Shown here piece after piece: positions 51,752-61,483 of a stretch of 64,000 bases of DNA. Source of the stretch: a virus. Position 1 is the stretch's first letter, and every line of letters begins with the position of its first letter. The stretch spans positions 32,001 through 96,000 of the IMG/VR virus record IMGVR_UViG_3300042261_000762; one strand, written 5' to 3'. The position numbers were made by a program, and so were the translations under genes. The notes beneath the pieces are model-generated. The model did no database searches, had not been told where the DNA came from, and was given only the letters and a program-made list of their open reading frames with translations.

Positions 51752-52323
51752 TACTTCATGTTATTTTCATATCTTAATTTTAACAACAAATAATCAGTAA
51801 CTAAATCGTGGATTTTAATATTATCTATATCACCCAAACTTACTTTAACTACTCTATTTTCTTCTGTTATTTTTACGCTAGATTGTTTATAATCGTTATA
51901 ATTTATATTTAATAAACATATATGGTATTGACCAACATTATTATCTCCTTTGAATAATACTTTATCTACTTCTATTGGAAAAAGATTATTAAGTACTACT
52001 CCCGTTTTTTCATAAAGTATTCTTCTAACATTTTGCGTTGGAGTTTGATCATCATTAAAATCATCTTTGATGGTAGTAAGATAAAAATCTACTGTATTAT
52101 ATTCTGATTTATCTTTATATTTGAACTTAAAAGCAGGACATTTTTCATATTTTAGAAGTATAAATCCATCGTCTTTGAAATATGGAAGTATTACGACTTG
52201 AGCGTTGCTTATAATAATATCTTTATCATCGAACTTTATAATAGATATTTCATCATTCTTGAAAAGATCTTCATTTGATTTTGTTTTTGGTTCATTCTTT
52301 TTTATTTTTGTAAATTTTTCCAT
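51751..52323 (-). CDS. Degenerate Nudix-fold protein
   Basis: VVILPY..ILLKYE..P; the Nudix box appears eroded to DDQTPTQNVRRILYEKTG. Confidence 0.5.
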   Translation of the reverse strand: MEKFTKIKKNEPKTKSNEDLFKNDEISIIKFDDKDIIISNAQVVILPYFKDDGFILLKYEKCPAFKFKYKDKSEYNTVDFYLTTIKDDFNDDQTPTQNVRRILYEKTGVVLNNLFPIEVDKVLFKGDNNVGQYHICLLNINYNDYKQSSVKITEENRVVKVSLGDIDNIKIHDLVTDYLLLKLRYENNMK

Positions 52324-52338
52324 ATTTATTTAATTTTT

Positions 52339-53039
52339 TTATCTTTCTAATTTTCCTACAAAAATTAAAGATCTGTCAACTTGAGCTTGCATGTAAGGAT
52401 CTTCTTCTCCCCTGTTTCCATTATTAAAATTTATATTTATAAATTCATCTATGTTTTCACCTATTACTTTAGTCCTGGTATCTACAATATTCGGTCCTAT
52501 TACGTTTTGATTAATATTCCAAATTATATAAACATATCCTCTAATAAAATGGTTTTCATAATTTCTTGTGCATAAATATATGTTATTCATACTTGTTATT
52601 TCCTGTTCTTCTACAGGATTCCATATTTCCTCACCATATGGATCTATTTTATTAAATTTCTCAAATGTCTTTATTATGCTTTTTTCCATAATCCGTCAAA
52701 TTCTCCTTTTTTTAGTTGAGATCCGTCTGCTGTTACTAACCTATAATCGCCTGGTTTATTATTATCTATTAATAATTTAGCTCTTTCAAGATTAAATTTT
52801 AAAACTCTTTCGTCTCTATACTTAATGTTTTTTCCACCAGACATCGCTGTAAATTGGTTAAACTTACCATCTCTCATTTGCGTTAGAAAAAATTTTTTAC
52901 CATGTTCCACTTTAAATATAGCCCATCCTCTTTCATACCAAGGCAAATCATCTTCAAAATCTTCTTCAGTATTATCTACTTCATCGAAATTACCTTTTTT
53001 ATACCATTTGATAGAAAATTCTTCAAACATCTTAACCAT
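52339..53039 (-). CDS. Two tagged hypothetical proteins (52339-52689; 52674-53039)
   Basis: IIKTFEKFNKIDPYGEEIW; MVKMFEEFSIKWYKKGNF. Confidence 0.55.
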
Positions 53040-53655
53040 TTATATTAATTAATTTTTCAAAAGCCTCTTCCACTAATTGTGGACTTAATAATGTAATATC
53101 TGAAATATTAAAATCACCTTCATTTCCTAAATTCCATCTCTGTATGACTCTTATAGAAACCTTATCCATCGGTTTCGAATCAAGAACATGCGGGGCATCA
53201 TCTACTTGAACATCAGATTGATCCCATTTATCTAATGATCTAGGAACAAAAGATATATCATCATAAGGTATTTTATATTTTCTTATCCAGTCCATTGCTC
53301 CTTGTTGAGCATTCTTTCCAGGTTGGCATGTAACTATTCTAACCAAAATACCATTATTTTGTGTGTATTCATACACTTCTCTCATCGTTTCTACTGCTCC
53401 TACATATGGTTTTGAATTTTTCCACATTTCATATCTATGATCGTCTATCCATTTATAAGGATCCATCCCATTATAGTCTAAAGAATGGTACCAATACCAG
53501 TCTGATACTTGATTCGATGGAATGAATTTATTACCTGGAAAACATTTAGAATAAACGCAATTGAAGCTTTCGGCAAAATCGTTCAAGACTCCATCCAAAT
53601 CTATTCCCAGTACCTTTTCATTTAAATGGTTGAATTTTTCGAAAGTTTTTAACAT
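53032..53655 (-). CDS. 5'(3')-deoxyribonucleotidase-like HAD phosphatase
   Basis: GIDLDGVL, PYVGAVE, IVT, QVDDAP, WN; leader MLKTFEKFNHLNE. Confidence 0.8.
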   Translation of the reverse strand: MLKTFEKFNHLNEKVLGIDLDGVLNDFAESFNCVYSKCFPGNKFIPSNQVSDWYWYHSLDYNGMDPYKWIDDHRYEMWKNSKPYVGAVETMREVYEYTQNNGILVRIVTCQPGKNAQQGAMDWIRKYKIPYDDISFVPRSLDKWDQSDVQVDDAPHVLDSKPMDKVSIRVIQRWNLGNEGDFNISDITLLSPQLVEEAFEKLINING

Positions 53656-53780
53656 TAAGAAATCTTTGTTTTATGCTATATATAAAAAACTAAAAATATA
53701 ATTTAATATATACGAAAGAGATATTTTGTTTTATTTAAAAAACGCTGTATCTTAGCTGTACAAAAAACAATTTTGAAAAT

Positions 53781-54353
53781 ATGAAATTTGGACAATTTTT
53801 AAGAAAAAAATCTCAAGAAGATAGAAAAGATGAATGGATTGAACAACCAATAAATCCAATCATGGAACAAAGATATGGTGACGATGACGATGACGATGAT
53901 CGTCCTGGAAAATATCCGCCAAAGAAAGGAAAACCTGGTAAAGAAGAAAAATCTCATAAAGAATTTTATCCTGGGGATATATTAGTTTTGGTTGATAATA
54001 AACCATCTAGGAAAGTTCCACAAGATGCTTGGGATTTTCTTATGACATATAAAGAATTTAAGGTAAGAAAAATAAACGATAAAGGGCAACTAGATCTTGG
54101 TTGTCTAATATCTAAAAATACTCCTGAAGGTGGTGTAGAAAAAAGATATATGTTCTCACCTAATAGATTCGAACTTAAGAATGCAAGACCTGAAGGATGG
54201 GTGAAACCAGTTCCAGAAGGAGGAATAAAACCACTTGAAGTAGACGAAGATGGTAATCCTGTTACCGCTCCTGGATTTGCTTCAGAAGATGGTCCACATA
54301 TGGATGTTAGAGCAACAGCACCTGGATTCTGGGATAATTTTCCTCTAAGATAA
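53781..54353 (+). CDS. Hypothetical late protein
   Basis: 190-aa ORF after TTTAATATATA; repeated TAPGF. Confidence 0.55.
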   Translation: MKFGQFLRKKSQEDRKDEWIEQPINPIMEQRYGDDDDDDDRPGKYPPKKGKPGKEEKSHKEFYPGDILVLVDNKPSRKVPQDAWDFLMTYKEFKVRKINDKGQLDLGCLISKNTPEGGVEKRYMFSPNRFELKNARPEGWVKPVPEGGIKPLEVDEDGNPVTAPGFASEDGPHMDVRATAPGFWDNFPLR

Positions 54354-54441
54354 GCAGATTTGAGTGAATTCCGTTACGATTTAACCGATGACGATGATGA
54401 TGAAAATGTCGGTAGAGCTTATATAGCTTAATTTAAATAAC

Positions 54442-54480
54442 AAAAAAAAAGAGATCCGATTAATTCGGATCTCTTTTTTT
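54442..54480. terminator. Bidirectional intrinsic terminator between convergent genes
   Basis: A-run-GAGATCCGA-TTAAT-TCGGATCTC-T-run. Confidence 0.85.
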
Positions 54481-54502
54481 GCGATAAAGTAAGTGAGTCG
54501 GA

Positions 54503-55293
54503 TTATTGTTTTATTGTTTTTAATTTATTAAGCCCCCAGAATATATCAACTATTCTACATTTAATAACACCGTAATATGGTTGTGCATTCCAACTTGTTG
54601 ATTTCTGCGGTTTTTGTAACAAAGCAGTTACCCAGATTATATCTCCTCTTTTAACTTCTTTTACTCCGAGATCAGCGTTAAAAGTAGGTCCGCCTGATAT
54701 GTTTTCTTCTAATTTAGCTATTCTATCTTTATCGGTTATGACTGAAGTTACCTGAACTATCTCAACTGGATCCGTAATTTTTTCTATATCGCCATTCTCC
54801 AGTTCTCTTAAAGCAATAATATCCGATGAAAGTTGATCAAATTCTTTTTTTCTTTTGAACTCTTTTACTTTTCCTTTTTTATATTCTTCAAAGTCTTTAG
54901 TTATATCAGACATTATTTTCTTTAATATTTTTTAACTTACCAATCTTCCTCTCCGTAAGGATCTACACTTCTCATTCTATCTTTTAATTGTTGTTTCTTG
55001 ATCATCCACTTATCAAAATCTTTTTTTTTAAGAAAATTGTTATGCCATTGAGTTCCTATTAGTATTCCGGATTCTATATCTATTATATCAAGAAGACCGT
55101 CTGATCTAGAATCAGTAACTCTATATGCATTACCTGTAGTTAGATAACGATTTGTGAATGTGCTATAAATAATATCTCCAACATCAAATGGTTGTTTTGG
55201 ACCTTTTCCTTTAGGATGTTTCATTTCAGGAGCCCTGTGTGGAAGATTTGTCTCATATATGTATCTTTCAAATGATCTTATATTATTAAGCAT
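54503..55293 (-). CDS. Two hypothetical proteins (54503-54913; 54937-55293 with C-terminal DPYGEEDW)
   Basis: MSDITKDFEEYK; MLNNIRSFERYIYE...VDPYGEEDW*. Confidence 0.55.
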
Positions 55294-55771
55294 TATTTCT
55301 CGATCTTTTTTGACTTCTTTTTAAATCGGATACCTCTTTTAATAAAAGATCCATAGTTTCTTTTATTTTTTTATATTCTTCGTCTTCTTCATCGTCTTCT
55401 TCTGAAAATTCTTCAACATCTTCCTGAATGTCTTCAACATCTTCCTGAATGTCTTCAACATCTTCCTGAATATCCTCTACGTCTTCTTGAATTTCTTCAA
55501 CGTCTTTTTGAATATCTTCAACATCAGAAGCAACAGATTCAAGTTTTTTGGCTTGAAAATTAACACTCATTTGAATAAATATAGAGAGGTAGATTGCTTC
55601 TAAAGATACTATTGTAGTTAATACTAATAGTACAGTGCTGATGTCTATTCCTAGAACATATAGAACGAAAAATACTATAAAAAGAACTGTATGAATAATT
55701 AATGATTCAACTGATCCTATCCATTTGATAGCTTTAGCTGAAAATGTCTCAAGTACCTCCCTTTTAATCAT
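55286..55771 (-). CDS. DUF1003-like membrane protein with acidic heptad coiled coil
   Basis: WIGS..SLIIHT, LLVLTTIVSLEAIYLSIFIQMSVN, then DVEDIQE repeats. Confidence 0.7.
   Translation of the reverse strand: MIKREVLETFSAKAIKWIGSVESLIIHTVLFIVFFVLYVLGIDISTVLLVLTTIVSLEAIYLSIFIQMSVNFQAKKLESVASDVEDIQKDVEEIQEDVEDIQEDVEDIQEDVEDIQEDVEEFSEEDDEEDEEYKKIKETMDLLLKEVSDLKRSQKRSRNNA
55410..55525 (-). repeat. 21-bp tandem repeat (about 5.5 units) encoding DVEDIQE
   Basis: TCTTCAACATCTTCCTGAATG and variants on the plus strand. Confidence 0.85.
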
Positions 55772-55824
55772 ATGTTAATCTCCTTATCCCATTTTAAATG
55801 AATTTATTTCTTTATTATTTATAT

Positions 55825-57417
55825 TTACTCTGCTGGTGGTATTACCATCGGAGCGAACTTTTTCTTGACTTTAATATTATAATGAGTCAATCTTTGAAGT
55901 GTTCCTTCTTTACCAATAATTTCCATTATATCAAACAGAGAAGGACCATATCCCATTCCAGTTAAAACAAGTCTTAAAATTGGAGCAATATCTCCAAATT
56001 GAAGATTGTTTTGTGCTACATATCCTTCAAAAGCCTTTTGAATATTTTCTGAGCTCCATTCAGATACAGTTGCTAAGGCGTCTTTTAAACCAGCTAGAAT
56101 TGCAGGACTTTTATCGTTCCATTTATTTTTAACTGTTTTTTCATCAAAATTCGTTGGTGGTTTGAATAAATACATAGAAGCTTCATAAATATCACCAATG
56201 AAATTGGCCTTACCTTTATTCATTTGAACCATTTTTGCTACGGTTCTATCAGGAAGATTAATTCCTTTTTCTTTTAGAATAGGAATAAGTTTAGCTGTAC
56301 ATTCTTCATCAGATACTTGTTTTAAGTATTGACCATTGTACCATTTAGCTTTATCAATATTAAATTTAGCTCCTGCTCTACCACAACGCTCTAATGAGAA
56401 TGCAGCGATAAGTTCATCCATACTCATTATTTCTTGTTCTGTTCCTGGATTCCAACCTAAGAAAGCTAAGAAGTTTACAAAAGCTTCTGGGAAATATCCT
56501 TCTTCTTTATATTTTAATGTAAATACGGAAAATCCTAAATCTTCAGCATTACGTTTTGATAATTTTCCGGCTCCGCCTGGGTTAAGTAAGAGAGCCAAGT
56601 GGGCAAATTTAGGAACTTCCCATCCTAAAGATTTGTACAGAAAAACATGAAGCGGGGCACTTGGAAGCCACTCTTCACCACGAATTACATGACTCGTTTT
56701 CATTAAATGGTCATCAACTATGTTAGCTAAGTGATATGTTGGAAGACCATCCGACTTGAACAGAACTTTATCATCAAGTGTATTTGTGTTAGCTTCAACG
56801 TTACCTCTGATAACATCCTCTACAACTATAATTTCATTTTCTGGAAACTTCGCTCTGATTACATGAGGAGTATTCTTAGCAAGTAAGTTTTGTACTTCTT
56901 CTGAACTCATTGTAAGTGAGTTCTTCATTGTCATTCTAGTAGTATGATCATATTGTGGTGATGCTACCCCTTTTTCGATCAATTTGGATTTCATATTTTC
57001 GATATCGTCTGGAGTATCAAAACAATAATATGCGTGACCTTTATCAATAAGTTCCTTGGCATATTTTGGATAAATATCATATCTCTCAGACTGACGATAT
57101 GGACCATATGGTCCACCGATCCATGGGGCTTCATCCGGAGCAATTCCCATCCAATCTAATGATTTTTTAATATAATCTTCCGCTCCTTGAACGAAACGCT
57201 GTTGGTCTGTATCTTCTATTCTAAGATAGAATACGCCATTATATTTTTTAGCAAAAAGGTAATTATAAAGAGCTGTTCTTGCTCCACCAATATGCAAAAG
57301 TCCCGTAGGACTGGGAGCGAATCTGGTGCGAACCGTCCCAGATACACTTTCTTTCATCATACCAACGAATTTTTCAAATTCAGTAATGTTTATTAAATTC
57401 ATGTTTTTCATGTTCAT
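55825..57417 (-). CDS. gltX: Glutamyl-tRNA synthetase with N-terminal targeting-like leader
   Basis: VRTRFAPSPTG, HIGG, RIEDTD, YRQSER, PTYHLANIVDDH, IRGEEW, KLSKR, anticodon-binding domain. Confidence 0.96.
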   Translation of the reverse strand: MNMKNMNLINITEFEKFVGMMKESVSGTVRTRFAPSPTGLLHIGGARTALYNYLFAKKYNGVFYLRIEDTDQQRFVQGAEDYIKKSLDWMGIAPDEAPWIGGPYGPYRQSERYDIYPKYAKELIDKGHAYYCFDTPDDIENMKSKLIEKGVASPQYDHTTRMTMKNSLTMSSEEVQNLLAKNTPHVIRAKFPENEIIVVEDVIRGNVEANTNTLDDKVLFKSDGLPTYHLANIVDDHLMKTSHVIRGEEWLPSAPLHVFLYKSLGWEVPKFAHLALLLNPGGAGKLSKRNAEDLGFSVFTLKYKEEGYFPEAFVNFLAFLGWNPGTEQEIMSMDELIAAFSLERCGRAGAKFNIDKAKWYNGQYLKQVSDEECTAKLIPILKEKGINLPDRTVAKMVQMNKGKANFIGDIYEASMYLFKPPTNFDEKTVKNKWNDKSPAILAGLKDALATVSEWSSENIQKAFEGYVAQNNLQFGDIAPILRLVLTGMGYGPSLFDIMEIIGKEGTLQRLTHYNIKVKKKFAPMVIPPAE

Positions 57418-57569
57418 CTTTTATTTTTTATAATCCAATTATATCCTAAATATTTATAATTATTTTTAATTATACTTCTGAAATTAATTTTTAATTTTTT
57501 TCTTAATTCGTAAATAGAATTATATATTTTTATTATAATGTGTATATGTATTGTTTATCTTTCATTCTA

Positions 57570-60500
57570 TTAAAAAAGCCAGTTTTCTTCTGGTTTGTAA
57601 TCATTCATATAATCGTTTATAATATCTTTTAATTTTTTATCTTCTCTTTCATCCCAATTTTCTTCGCTATATGGGTCTATATCAGATTCTTCTTCTACAC
57701 TTTCCCATACTTCTTCACCATAAGGATCTTCTGGATGTTCTTCCATCCATCTTAATCTTTTTATTTCAAATTCTTCTAATTTTCTTTTATATTTTTCTAT
57801 TGTTTCTTTTGGAGCTTTTAATAGAAGTTTTTCTCCAACTATGTGACAAAATGGTTCTTCGTTGTCTATAAAACACACCTTGAATCTTCTAGGCCCGTGT
57901 TGGTATCCACGATAAGGTAAAGGAACTTCATCTATTATTTTAACAATACCTTTTTCTAGATGATTAAAATTTCCATTATAGATTGCATAATCTCCAACGT
58001 TTAAATCTCCTAATTGTTCATTTACAAAACTGTTAAAATTTAACATTAATTTTTTTATTTTTTTCTATAATTCAATTCATAATAATCTATATATCCTGTA
58101 CCATTACATTCTGGACAATCAACTTCTTCGCCTGTGTCTTGGTCTGTCCATCCACCTTCTCCTCCACATTCATCACACATTTCATCATCTCTGTCACCAC
58201 ATAATTGCTTTAATTCTTCGTCTGTATAATTTAAAAGAGACTGTCTTATTAAATCACTTATGAAGTGTCTATAATCATAAGGATTATTAATTAGATCCTC
58301 TATTATATCAGAAATCATTCTATCTCTATCTAATTCCATTGGTTTTTCATTCCAATTTTCTTCTCCATAAGGGTCTAATATATTATCCATGTCTTTTTTG
58401 TTTTCGAATGCAAAATTATGAAAATTTTTTATATTTTCCATCAAAATTTTTATTTTTCTTCCCAATTTTCTTCTCCATAAGGATCATTAATATATTTTGG
58501 AGGATCTATTTCTTTATTCATAATTAAAGCAAGAATATCATCTAATCTTTGATTAATATTTTTTTCCATAAGTTCTAAACGTCTTATAACTCTTCTTGCA
58601 CCAGAGTAAGCATCACAAGACTCATCTATTTTTTCAAATTCATCTATTATTTCATTAAAAGATTTCACGTTCCTATATATTAAAATTATTTTTTAATTAA
58701 TTATATATCCCAACCCGGATCTTTTAAACACATATCACATATCTTCTCTACAATCAGGACAAACTTGGTCTAACATTAAAGCATATGGATAACGTTCTCC
58801 ACATATTCTACAATGAGTATAATCAAGTTCTCTATCTCTATCATCTAAATAATCCAATATCCCTCTATCAAATTCTTCCTTTTCCTTATCTTCGTTCCAG
58901 TTTTCTTCACCATAAGGATCTAAATCATTTTGATTTTCGAATATCTTAAATTTATTATCATTCAAATATTTTCTTTTATTATAGTCGTGAATTTTAAAAA
59001 CTTCTTCCCAACTTATTATTCCTTCTTCTGGTCTTGATATCTCATCCGTTTTAATTTTTTTGAAAATATCAATCTCTTTAATAACAAAATCTTCCATTAT
59101 TTTATCTCTCAATGTATCTTTTTCAAGACTATTAAAATATCTAGTTTTTTTCTTTCTATTATTTTCTATATTTTTATTTTTTTTAATCTTTTTAATTCTA
59201 GCTCTTCTGCTACCAGCAAAATATGGATCTTCTATTACGTCACTAGCAACACCAATAACATCTGGACGTCTGAATGTTGCAGAATCAGGACCTTTATTGA
59301 AAGAAGGACCGGCATTTTGTTGATCGCTATGACCCATAGAACCATATCCTGTTACATTTCTATAATCAGAATACTCGTTTAGTGGACTTTGACACATTAT
59401 AAAATCTTCTTTTGAAATTTTAAATATTTTCAATATATCTGAAAATTTTAAGTCTTGAAAATCCCCTTCTCCTTGCCAATCGCATACATATACTTTTATT
59501 CCAATTTTATCATCCATTACTAATTTCTTTTCTTCTTCGTTTAATGGAATAAAATCCCAGTCTGGAAGAGGGAAAAATTCAAATGAATATCCTTTTTCAA
59601 AACATTCACCAACAGCCATTAAATAATCACATGCTTTTGTTCCTTGAAATCTAAATTGAATTATACCTCCTTCTTTATTAACCGGATTGGCGTCGTTGTG
59701 ATAAGAAGAAAAATAATAAAACCCACCGTCTTTTAATGCTACTTTTTGAATATCAAATCCGTTTAATTCTTCCCATATTTCTTCACCATATGGGTCTATT
59801 TTATTTCTATCTTGTTCGAATAATTTGAATTTTTTTATCATAAAATTAATTTTTTTTAAAATCTGTTATCTTCTCTAAAATATATTTCTTCTCTATGCAT
59901 TAGCCAATCGAAGTGTTCACTACACAAATAAGTTGTTAAATTATGTCTCATTTCAAATTCTCTATATTGTTCTTCTTCAAAATGTGGGTTCCACGGATTT
60001 TCTTCTCCTACTTTATGACTTGCCATATTTTGACAACCAACTATCATACATTTAACTCCTTTAACAGAACCTGGTAATTTATGTTCATCCCCCCAGTTTT
60101 CTTCCCCGTAAGGATCTATTTTATTTTTACCTCTTTTATATCTCTTATTCTCATCAATCTTATTTTCAATTCTTTTCTTCATTTTATTTATGAGTTCGTC
60201 TAATTGAAGAATAAAATTTTCTTTGGATGTTATGTTTGTTGTTTCTGTTTTTGTTTCATTCCCTCTTTCGTGTGATAATTGTAATGTATTTTGCCCGTGT
60301 AATTCATAGAAATCGAAATTAAATCCCTTAAATTTAAATTCTATGGTTCTACCTATCTTTGGATAATCTGGATCAGCATCCATGTATGTAAAATTCTTAA
60401 CTCCTCTTATATTTTTTATAAAATCGATGTAATCGTCAAATGGAAATTCATTCCAATCTTCCTCACCGTAAGGATCGATATTAGAGTCGATTTGTTCAAA

Positions 60501-61345
60501 TATTTTAAATTTTCTTATCACTTAATTCTTTTTAATTTTTCTATTATTGGATCTATTCTTCTTTTAAGACCATATAAAATACTAGTCCCTTCAAAAGCGT
60601 CATTCCAAACATGGGCTATATATTTAATTCTAGCAATAGTTGCTTCGTCAATTTGACCATCACTCTTTTTCAAGAAAGATAAAATTTTCTTTTCTATTGT
60701 ATCAGGTTTTGTATCTTTTAATAATTCAATAACTTCAGACATATTTTGTAATGTATCTAATAGATCAATAAATCCACTAACATCAGTGTGTACTGATTCT
60801 TGCGCCCATTCACCTTCTACATAATTATATTTAAATTTTTTATTTTTATCTTTTTCTCCCCATTCTTCTTCACCATAAGGATCATGTGCTTGAATTTTTT
60901 TTCTTTCTTCTTCTTGTTCATCTTTATATTTTCTTGTAGCGACTGGATCTAATTCCAACATGTGTTCTGGAACTCCTTTTAATGTTCTTATAGTATCAGT
61001 TCTAGTTATAGAATCCTTTTTACATCGTCCTTCTTCATCATAAATTAGATGCATAATTCCACTATAAACATCTAAAAATTCTATAGCATATGTATTTGTT
61101 TTAGATTTTGCAAATGGAATTTCAATATAACGATCTCTATCTATTCTATCGCCGATTCCTTGAAAAAAACTTCTACCTTTTTTTCTAGTTCCATATGAAA
61201 TTTTACATAATTTACCATCAAGTTCTTTATCGTTAGGATTATGATATATACAAATATCACCGCCATGAAATTTATGTTTATGAAAATGGTGTTCCAAACC
61301 CATTATTTTTACTTCTTCGTTATATTTCTGAAATTTCTTTATCAT
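57570..61345 (-). CDS. Six tagged hypothetical genes (57570-58046, 58055-58441, 58450-58668, 58735-59841, 59856-60521, 60518-61345)
   Basis: All have KFxxF-type leaders and one or two DPY(G/S)EExW tags; several carry Zn ribbons. Confidence 0.65.
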
Positions 61346-61483
61346 AAATTTTCTGACCAATCTTCTTCACCATAAGGATCAAAGATTTTATTTTTATTTT
61401 TTTATTTCTTCTAATTTTGTTCTTTGTTCATCGATGGCATTTTTCTTTTTTCTAAATATATTAAATTCTTCAAATGTTCTCAT
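61342..61483 (-). pseudogene. Small tagged gene frameshifted in an A7 run
   Basis: MRTFEEFNIF...LEEIKK* continues in another frame as NKIFDPYGEEDWSENL*. Removing one A at 61397-61403 restores a single ORF coupled to the ATG at 61345. Confidence 0.6.

Noticed and set aside
12048-61380. GATCC(T/A)TA(T/C)GG(T/A)GAAGAA repeats as a CRISPR array or MITE
   Set aside because: Irregular spacing, always in frame on the coding strand, synonymous variation, and no terminal inverted repeats, spacers or cas genes.
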